Part shown: positions 57,324 to 64,000 of the stretch, in pieces
Layout of the letters: each line of letters opens with the position of its first letter
Position numbering within the stretch: the first letter of the stretch is position 1
NCBI GenBank assembly: GCA_963720755.1
Contig: CAVRGP010000011.1
Location: forward strand, 32,001 to 96,000
DNA: 64,000 bases
From: an uncultured Chloroflexia bacterium
Lineage (GTDB): Bacteria > Chloroflexota > Limnocylindria > Limnocylindrales > CSP1-4
Direction: 5' to 3'
Translations under genes and position numbers: made by a program
The notes under the pieces: model-generated
The model's database searches: none
What the model was told of the DNA's origin: nothing
What the model saw: only the letters and a program-made list of their open reading frames with translations

Positions 57324-58198
57324 ACGAGGTCGACCCGACCCAGACGGCAACGGTCGTCTTCGGGCTCGCCGCGGCCGTCGCCTGGGGTGGCGGCGATTTC
57401 GGGGGCGGGCTCCTGAGCCGGCGCACGGCGCTGTTCGGCGTCGTCCTTGTATCCCAGCTGGCCGGTCTGGTCGTGGCCGCCGTGCTCGCCGTCGTCACGG
57501 CCGAATCCGCGATGTCGACCGCGGACCTCGCCTGGTGTCTTCTCGGAGGGATCGCCGGCGGGATCGGCGTCACCGCCCTCTATCGAGGGCTCGCCGAGGG
57601 GCGGATGGCGGTGATGGCGCCGTTGACCGCCGTGATCGCCGCCTCGATCCCGGTGACGGTCGGGATCCTGACCGAAGGCGTCCCGCCGGCGTTGGTGGTC
57701 GCGGGCATGATCATCGCGTTCATCGCCGTCATCCTCGTTTCGAGCGTCGACGTCTCGAGCGTCGACGACCGGTCGGCGGGCCTCTATGGCCTGAGGTTCG
57801 CGCTCATTGCCGGCATCGGGATCGGGACGTTCGGCGTCTGTCTGGCCCAGGTGAGCCATGGCCACATCTTCGGTCCGCTCGTCCTCATGCGCGCCATCCA
57901 GGTCGTTCTCATCGCCGCCGTCGCGCTCGCCACTCGGGCGGCCTGGCGACCGGCCCGGAAACTCGTGCCGGCCATCGTCGCCGTCGGGGTCCTGGACCTG
58001 GCGGGCAACGGTGCCTACTTCTTCGCCATCCAGGCCGGCTCGCTCGCGATCGCGACCGTGGTGTCGTCGCTGTACCCGGTGACCACGGTGATCCTCGCCA
58101 CGGTGCTGCTGCACGAGCGGGTGTCGCGTGCGCATGCTGTCGGGATCGCGCTTGCCGTCGTGGCGCTGGTCGCGATCGCGGCTGGAGCGACCGGCTGA
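57320..58198 (+). CDS. EamA/DMT-family transporter
   Basis: Conserved N-terminal GL.AAV.WG.GDF.GG lies upstream of first canonical start (57473); CTG 57320 overlaps upstream TGA; SSLYPV.TV.LA...L.ER. Confidence 0.8.
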   Translation: MNEVDPTQTATVVFGLAAAVAWGGGDFGGGLLSRRTALFGVVLVSQLAGLVVAAVLAVVTAESAMSTADLAWCLLGGIAGGIGVTALYRGLAEGRMAVMAPLTAVIAASIPVTVGILTEGVPPALVVAGMIIAFIAVILVSSVDVSSVDDRSAGLYGLRFALIAGIGIGTFGVCLAQVSHGHIFGPLVLMRAIQVVLIAAVALATRAAWRPARKLVPAIVAVGVLDLAGNGAYFFAIQAGSLAIATVVSSLYPVTTVILATVLLHERVSRAHAVGIALAVVALVAIAAGATG

Positions 58199-58235
58199 AG
58201 GGACGGCGGTCCTGACGAGTAGACTCCAGGGCACC

Positions 58236-58544
58236 ATGACCGACGTGACGATCGAACCCACCTGGCTGATCGAGGCGACCTACGCCCCCGACGGAGCCGA
58301 AACGCGAGGCCCCTTCCGCGCCCGCCACATCGCCCGGCTGGTCGATCTCAAGCGAGCCGGCGTGCTCGTCGAAGTGGGGGCCTTCAGCGACGTGTCGGCG
58401 TCGATCCTGATCGTCCGCGCAGCTGATGAAGCCGCGGCGCTCGACATCGCCCGCGAGGACATCTACATGGCGAATGGCGTCTGGGTCGAGGTCCGGGCAC
58501 GCCCGTTCGGGCGGATCGTCACGAACGATGGCGGTGGATCCTGA
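58236..58544 (+). CDS. YciI-family protein
   Basis: R.PFRARH...L, G.L..VGAF.D, A..D.Y..NGV. Confidence 0.75.
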   Translation: MTDVTIEPTWLIEATYAPDGAETRGPFRARHIARLVDLKRAGVLVEVGAFSDVSASILIVRAADEAAALDIAREDIYMANGVWVEVRARPFGRIVTNDGGGS

Positions 58545-59049
58545 TCCTGGACAGTTCGGCTGGGTCGCGCAGCACGATGACGTCGGCGAACCCTTCGTTG
58601 GCAAGTGTCGAGCCTTCGAGTGACGCCCTGAGCTGATCCAGATGTCGACGGACCACGACCGGATCGACGACCCGTGGTCGACCGAGGTTCTGCGCCAGGA
58701 CCACTGCCTCGGGTGGATCGATGACCAATGCGATCGTCGGCAGCTCGGCGTCATCCGCCAGAGCGAGGAGCGCCCGCCGAGCGCGCGCCTGGACGTTGGT
58801 CGCGTCGATCACGGTCAGTCGCCGGGCCGCCAATCGGCCGGCCACAGCTCGGTGAAGGCGTTGGAATGCGGCGCGTGTCGCCGACTGATCCGCTTCGTCG
58901 CCGGACACGATCGACCGGAACCGGTCGGACGACAGGACCTCGTCCGATGCGAAGTGCCCGGCGGCGAACGTGGACTTGCCGGCACCAGCCGCCCCGATCA
59001 GGACGATCAGGCTCGGGTCGGGTACGACGATCTCGCGTCCGTGATCCAT
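58519..59049 (-). CDS. Stand-alone P-loop kinase (AAA_33, Pnkp kinase-domain-like)
   Basis: PDPSLIVLIGAAGAGKSTFA, SSD.FR, RL....LTVIDATN. Confidence 0.8.
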   Translation of the reverse strand: MDHGREIVVPDPSLIVLIGAAGAGKSTFAAGHFASDEVLSSDRFRSIVSGDEADQSATRAAFQRLHRAVAGRLAARRLTVIDATNVQARARRALLALADDAELPTIALVIDPPEAVVLAQNLGRPRVVDPVVVRRHLDQLRASLEGSTLANEGFADVIVLRDPAELSRIRIHRHRS

Positions 59050-59105
59050 CGGGCGATGATGCCCCAGGCGACGTCCGCGAGTCGCCGGCGTGCGAACCAT
59101 GGTCG

Positions 59106-60551
59106 ATGACTGATTCGACAGCGATCGTCTGGTTTCGCCGGGATCTGCGGATCCACGACCACCCGGCTCTTGTCGCGGCGGCCGCGGCGCATCGGACGGT
59201 CGTCCCCTTGTACGTGCTCGACCCGCGCCTGATCGGTGGGCGATCGGCCAGCCCGAATCGAACCTGGTTCCTCCTCGGATCGATCCGTTCGCTCGCATCC
59301 GAACTTGCCGATCGCGGCGCCCCGCTGGTCGTCCGGGTCGGTGATCCGGTGAGCGTCGTGCCGGACGTCGCCGCTGCCGCAGGCGCACACGATGTGTATG
59401 TTTCGCGCGATCACGGGCCGTACGGTCGCGCTCGAGACGCGGCGGTGGCCGGGGCCATCGGGGCGGGACGCCTGCATGCCGAGCCGGGGGTCCTTGTCCA
59501 CGAGCCGGAGACGATCGCTACGCTCGATGGGCGTCCGTTCAGCATCTACTCGCCATTCCGACGGACCTGGGAACGGCGGCTTCGTCGGGCGCCGCTCGCG
59601 TCGCCTGTCCGCCTTGCCGGCCACCGGATCGATCCCGGCACGATCCCGACGCTTGGCGACCTCGACCTCCCCTCATCCCCGACGGCGGATCCGGACCTCC
59701 TGCCCGAACCCGGCGAGGCCGCGGCCCGGCGACGACTCGAGCGGTGGCTGGCCCACGGCATCGATCGCTACGCGACCACCCGCGACCGACTCGACCTGGT
59801 CGACGGCACGTCGCGGCTGTCGGCCGACCTCCACCTGGGTCTCCTGTCCGCCACGGAGGTGGTCGATCGCGCCCTTGGCCCCGGTGATGGCCGACAGCGG
59901 TTCCTCGATCAACTCATCTGGCGTGAGTTCTATGCCCACGTCCTCTTCCACCGACCGGACGTGCGTCGCCGCGAGTTCCGAGCGGATCTCGCGGGCCTCG
60001 CGTGGTCGAACGACGGGGCCGCGTTGGCTGCCTGGCGCGCGGGAACGACCGGCTTTCCGGTCGTGGACGCCGCGATGCGCCAGCTGGCCGCGTGCGGCTG
60101 GATGCACAATCGGGCCAGGATGATCGTCGCCTCGTTCCTGACCAAGGACCTGCTCATCGACTGGCGGGCCGGCGAGGCGCATTTCATGCACCACCTGGTG
60201 GACGGCGATCTCGCCTCGAACAACGGGGGCTGGCAGTGGGCCGCCTCGACCGGGACGGATCCGCAGCCGTACTTCAGGATCTTCAATCCCGTCCTGCAGG
60301 GCCGAACCCACGATCCGCATGGCGAATATGTCCGACGCTGGGTGCCCGAGCTCCGGAACGTCCCACCCGAGCACATCCATGCTCCATGGGAGATGACCGA
60401 GGTGGTGGCACGGCGGTCCGGGGTCCAGGTCGGGTCGGACTACCCGGCCCCGATCGTCGATCACGCCGATGCCCGCGCGCGGGCGTTGGCCGCCTACCGA
60501 CTGGCGCGGTCTGTCCACAGCTCGTCCACATCGGCCACCGAATGGGGATAA
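59106..60551 (+). CDS. phrB: Class I CPD DNA photolyase
   Basis: WFRRDLRIHDHPAL, TSRLS..L..G, LIWREFY, GWMHNRARMIVASFLTKDL, SNNGGWQW, YFRIFNP. Confidence 0.93.
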   Translation: MTDSTAIVWFRRDLRIHDHPALVAAAAAHRTVVPLYVLDPRLIGGRSASPNRTWFLLGSIRSLASELADRGAPLVVRVGDPVSVVPDVAAAAGAHDVYVSRDHGPYGRARDAAVAGAIGAGRLHAEPGVLVHEPETIATLDGRPFSIYSPFRRTWERRLRRAPLASPVRLAGHRIDPGTIPTLGDLDLPSSPTADPDLLPEPGEAAARRRLERWLAHGIDRYATTRDRLDLVDGTSRLSADLHLGLLSATEVVDRALGPGDGRQRFLDQLIWREFYAHVLFHRPDVRRREFRADLAGLAWSNDGAALAAWRAGTTGFPVVDAAMRQLAACGWMHNRARMIVASFLTKDLLIDWRAGEAHFMHHLVDGDLASNNGGWQWAASTGTDPQPYFRIFNPVLQGRTHDPHGEYVRRWVPELRNVPPEHIHAPWEMTEVVARRSGVQVGSDYPAPIVDHADARARALAAYRLARSVHSSSTSATEWG

Positions 60552-60584
60552 CTTCCGCGGTGTTTGGACCGATTTCGTGGACAA
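60511..60584. promoter_or_regulatory. Cluster of four DnaA-box-like 9-mers
   Basis: CTGTCCACA 60511, TCGTCCACA 60522, reverse TTATCCCCA 60543-51, reverse TTGTCCACG 60576-84; each one mismatch from TT(A/G)TCCACA. Confidence 0.55.
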
Positions 60585-60625
60585 CCCCGTTGTGGTGCCC
60601 CCATGGCGGGCCGTATATTTCTCTT

Positions 60626-60806
60626 GCCCGAAGGGGCAGGTTGAACCGCCAGACCGGTCAGGGGAGCGATCCTCAGGACGGTCCCGGGAACCAGGTTCGC
60701 AGGTCGCAAGGCCCGCGAGCGAGGGACTCGGCGACGACCAGGGACTGTGGACTTGTTCGCAGCCTCAGGACCCGTCGAACGGAGGTCCCCACCAGTTCCT
60801 TCGGGC
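60626..60806 (+). ncRNA. Candidate rod-shaped structured RNA (6S/Ms1-like)
   Basis: TTGTGG-18-TATATT promoter; 5' and 3' ends pair; internal stems; apical GCAA tetraloop. Confidence 0.55.
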
Positions 60807-60816
60807 GTTTCCATGC

Positions 60817-60858
60817 GCCCGGCACGGCCCCCAGCCGCCCGGCACGGCCCACAACCGC
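60817..60858. repeat. 20-nt tandem duplication
   Basis: GCCCGGCACGGCCCCCAGCC / GCCCGGCACGGCCCACAACC. Confidence 0.7.
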
Positions 60859-61090
60859 GTGGTCTCTGCCGCTGAGTATCCTCGTTCGTGTTCGGCTACA
60901 CCACAGGCCACATCTTCGCCAGCTACACATGGGGCTCGTGCCTGACACGGATCGGACGTCCAACGAGGCCGCCGGAACGACCGAGGGCGGTAGGCGTCCG
61001 CAGAAGACGAACCATGCTGCTATCTGGCGAGGACCCCGGACCAGTCGGGATCCTGGGCAGCATCCTCGCGACTTCCGCTAGTCTCCGCAG

Positions 61091-62380
61091 GTGCCCACGA
61101 CCTTGACCGAGCCCGATCTCGCCACGCCCCGCGCCGGGCAGGATTGGCGGATCCTCGTCGCCGTCTTCTGGGTCACCTCGATGGTCGAAGGCCTCGGCGT
61201 CAGCCAGATCTTCGCGCTGCTGCCGTCCTACCTGCACCAGATGGGCGTCCCGGACAGCCAGCGGCTCACGTTCATCGGGATCTTCAGTGCCCTGATCTTC
61301 GTGGTCGGGATGCCGCTCGTCCCGGTGTGGGGCGCCTGGGCCGACAAGTACAGCCGGAAGGTCGTCATCGTCCGGAGCGCCATCGTCGAGGCGGTCGTAC
61401 TCGCCGCAGTCGCCCTGGCCCGCGAACCCTGGCAGGTCGCACTGGCGATGCTCCTCGTCGGCCTCCAGCTGGGCAATACGGGCATCATGCTGGCGGGGAT
61501 CCGAGACGTGACGCCGCGCCGACGGCTGGGCACGACGATCGCCCTGTTCGGCGCGTCCGGCCCGGTCGGGTTCGCCGTCGGCCCGGCCCTGGCCGGCATC
61601 CTGATCGACGGTTTCGGCTGGGCCATCCCGGCGGTCTTCGGTTTCTCGGCCCTCCTGTCCGTCGGGACCGCGGTGCTGGTCACCTTCGGTTCGAAGGAGA
61701 TCCGTCCCGAGGTCGTGCCGACCGGCCGGATCGTGGACCTCGCCTTCTCGTCGCTCCGCGGCGTCCTAACCGACAAGGCCACGCGACGGATCTTCACGAT
61801 CTTCGGCATCTCGTTCGTGGCGATCCAGATGAGCCGGCCGTACATCCCGATCCTGGTCGAGGGGATCAACGGGCTCGGTCCCGGACTGGCGTCCGCGATC
61901 GCGCTGGTCGCCGGGACGGGGGCGCTGGTCGGGGCGCTCGTCTCACCGCTCGGCGGGGTCATCGGCGATCGGATCGGCTTCCGGCCGGTGCTCATCGCCG
62001 CTCTCGGCGGCGCCAGTGTCGTGCTGTTCACGATGCCACTGGTCGGGTCGATCGGGGTCCTGGCCCTGCTGGCGGTCGGGCTCGGGGCGGCGACCGCGAC
62101 CGTCAGCTCGATGATCTTCGGGTTGCTCGCCACGGAGCTCCCGCCGGAGCGCCGCTCCGCCGCGCTCAATCTCGTCTACCTGCCGCTCTATGCCGCCGGG
62201 ATCATCGGACCGGCCGCCGGCGCGCTGATCGCGTCGGTCAGCGGGGTCCACGGGCTGTTCGTCGCCGCATCGGCGGTGTTCCTGTTCGGCGCCATCACGA
62301 TCTGGCTGCGGCGCAACCCGGCGGTGAGCCCGCACCACGTCGCCGCCTCGGAACTGCCGCCGACACCCGTCGAGTTCTGA
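61091..62380 (+). CDS. DHA1-type MFS transporter
   Basis: 12 TMs; PVWGAWADKYSRK, GPALAG, GG.IGDRIG. Confidence 0.9.
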   Translation: MPTTLTEPDLATPRAGQDWRILVAVFWVTSMVEGLGVSQIFALLPSYLHQMGVPDSQRLTFIGIFSALIFVVGMPLVPVWGAWADKYSRKVVIVRSAIVEAVVLAAVALAREPWQVALAMLLVGLQLGNTGIMLAGIRDVTPRRRLGTTIALFGASGPVGFAVGPALAGILIDGFGWAIPAVFGFSALLSVGTAVLVTFGSKEIRPEVVPTGRIVDLAFSSLRGVLTDKATRRIFTIFGISFVAIQMSRPYIPILVEGINGLGPGLASAIALVAGTGALVGALVSPLGGVIGDRIGFRPVLIAALGGASVVLFTMPLVGSIGVLALLAVGLGAATATVSSMIFGLLATELPPERRSAALNLVYLPLYAAGIIGPAAGALIASVSGVHGLFVAASAVFLFGAITIWLRRNPAVSPHHVAASELPPTPVEF

Positions 62381-62390
62381 GTCCGACGCG

Positions 62391-63356
62391 TCAGCCCGGC
62401 CGTCTCCGCGCGACCACGAAGCCGGCGACGAGCAGCGCGACCAGCGACCCGCCCAGCAGCACCGCGGCTTCGCGCGCCGCCACGAACTGGTAGCGCTCGC
62501 CCGGGATGACGACGTCGACCATCGGGTAGCGCGGGTTGCCGAACTCGTCGAACGGGTCGCCCTGACCGCCCTGGTAGAAGTAGTCGAAGCCCACGAGGGT
62601 GCCGTCGGGCAGAACGAACTTCTGGTCGAGATACCTGTCGCCCGGCTGGGCGCCCACGAAGGCCCCGCCGGAGCCGGTCGGATCGGCCGGGATGGCGACC
62701 GCCTCGCCGCGCAGGATGCCGTCGTACACGTTGATCACGCCAGTCAGCGCGATCGTCGCCACCAGCGTCGAGACGAGGATCGTCGGCAGCGCGCGGCCCA
62801 TGATCGCTCCGACGACCACCGCGATGGCGAACATGACGATCGCCCGTGCAGCGAGCAGGCCGCCGCGGACGCCATAGCCGTCGAACGAGCGTGACAGGTC
62901 TGCGCCCGGCTGGCCGGCCGCGAAGAACAGGTCCATCGCGGCGCCGGCAAGGACGGTCAGGAGGACGACGACCGCGAGGATCGGCAGCATCCGTGATGCG
63001 TACCAGCGCCAGCGTGACGGTCCCAGCGACCAGGCGAGCCGGACGGTCCCGCGCTCGAGCTCGCGGGCGACGATGGGTGCTCCGAGGAACAGTCCCAACG
63101 CGAACGTGACGATGAGCAGGGGCGCCAGCAGCAGGCCGCTGAGCCAGCCCTGCGCGTCATTGAACCGGTCGGCGGCGACCTGGCACGTCGACGGAATCGC
63201 GTCGTTCAGGATGCGGCAGTCGGCTCCGGGCTGGAGGCTGATCAGGTAGAGCGATGCGACGAACAGCGCCACGATGAGGGCCCCGAGCGCGGCACCGAAC
63301 GTCACGAGCTCGAAGCGCTGGAGACGCAGGGTCAGGCGCGTGCCGTCGAACCTCAC
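62391..63356 (-). CDS. ABC transporter permease
   Basis: GLFLGAPIVARELERGT.RLAW; about 6 TMs; GTGA overlap with the ATPase gene. Confidence 0.85.
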   Translation of the reverse strand: MRFDGTRLTLRLQRFELVTFGAALGALIVALFVASLYLISLQPGADCRILNDAIPSTCQVAADRFNDAQGWLSGLLLAPLLIVTFALGLFLGAPIVARELERGTVRLAWSLGPSRWRWYASRMLPILAVVVLLTVLAGAAMDLFFAAGQPGADLSRSFDGYGVRGGLLAARAIVMFAIAVVVGAIMGRALPTILVSTLVATIALTGVINVYDGILRGEAVAIPADPTGSGGAFVGAQPGDRYLDQKFVLPDGTLVGFDYFYQGGQGDPFDEFGNPRYPMVDVVIPGERYQFVAAREAAVLLGGSLVALLVAGFVVARRRPG

Positions 63357-64000
63357 GCCGCTCGACCCCCGGTCGTCGCCCGACTCGACCGAGTGCGACC
63401 TGCCGCCAGATGGCCGAGGACGACCTCCTCGAGGGTCGCCGGCCGGCTTCCCGGCACAGCCGCGCCACGCACGAGGCTCAGGCGCTCGCCCATGGGACCG
63501 GGGAATGATCCGACGATCGTCGCGGTCGACCCGAGGTCGATCGACTGCCCGCCGTCCGGCGTCTCGACGATGACGTGCTCCGCGATGGCGGCCGCGATCG
63601 ACAGGTCGAGAAGCGTCCGGCCGCCCCCGAGGACCAGCAGCCGATCACATGCCTGCTCGATGTCGGTGATCACATGGGAGGACAAGAGGACCGTCGAGCC
63701 GTCAGCGCGGGCGGCGTCGACCAGCACGTGCAGGAATTCGCGTCGCGCCAGCGGATCGAGGCTGGCCAGGGGTTCGTCGAGCAGCAGGACCGGCGCTCGG
63801 GTCCCGAGTGCCAGGGCGAGCCCGACCTGTGCCTGCTGGCCGCCGGAGAGCTCGTCCGCCCGCGACTGCAGCGGGATGTCGAGGTCATCGAGACGTCGCC
63901 GCGCGATACCCGCGTCGAACCCCGGCCGCAGCGTGCGGGCGAGGATGACGTGCTCCTCGACCGTGAGCTCGCGATACAGCGACGGCGCCTGTGGCACATA
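63353..64000 (-). CDS. ABC transporter ATP-binding protein (5'-truncated by window edge)
   Basis: YVPQ, LSGGQ, LLLDEP, LDP, SSH. Confidence 0.9.
   Translation of the reverse strand, partial: YVPQAPSLYRELTVEEHVILARTLRPGFDAGIARRRLDDLDIPLQSRADELSGGQQAQVGLALALGTRAPVLLLDEPLASLDPLARREFLHVLVDAARADGSTVLLSSHVITDIEQACDRLLVLGGGRTLLDLSIAAAIAEHVIVETPDGGQSIDLGSTATIVGSFPGPMGERLSLVRGAAVPGSRPATLEEVVLGHLAAGRTRSSRATTGGRAA

Noticed and set aside
58519-59049. Pnkp-Hen1 RNA repair system
   Set aside because: Kinase domain only; no phosphatase, ligase or Hen1 in the window
60626-60806. SRP RNA, RNase P RNA or tmRNA identity
   Set aside because: Lacks the SRP GGAAGCAG loop, the RNase P GAGGAAAGUCC motif and tRNA-like ends; partial raiA-motif resemblance is too weak to call

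Overview
High-GC (roughly 70% by eye), gene-dense bacterial chromosomal window; gene style suggests Chloroflexota or Actinomycetota (inference). No IS, integrase, prophage, CRISPR array or rRNA was seen. Layout: (1) 1-11.6 kb redox island: HdrL/HdrA/wHTH/QmoC-like operon, two hemerythrin paralogues around a PadR regulator, ArsR-DUF302-OsmC, and a divergent MsrQ-like cytochrome b + two coiled-coil exported proteins + ApbE module. (2) 11.6-32 kb mixed genes: STAND adenylate cyclase, PAP2/AUR1-like protein, frameshifted TlpA-CcdA-glutaredoxin, betA, an aminoglycoside nucleotidyltransferase-like gene, alkA, MFS, a LysA-like enzyme. (3) 32-48 kb selenocysteine formate dehydrogenase locus (in-frame UGA + SECIS) with fdhD, selD, tRNA-Sec, selA, selB, mobA. 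(4) 48-64 kb hydrolases, transporters, membrane-anchored SbcCD-like pair and photolyase. Most notable unexplained signals: a ~180-nt rod-shaped, 6S-like RNA candidate behind four DnaA-box-like 9-mers (60.5-60.8 kb); four genes whose best-placed start codon is ACG or CTG; and a candidate ApbE substrate with a variant C-terminal SGGTGGS motif on a coiled-coil stalk. All family assignments come from motif recognition by eye; no database searches were run.
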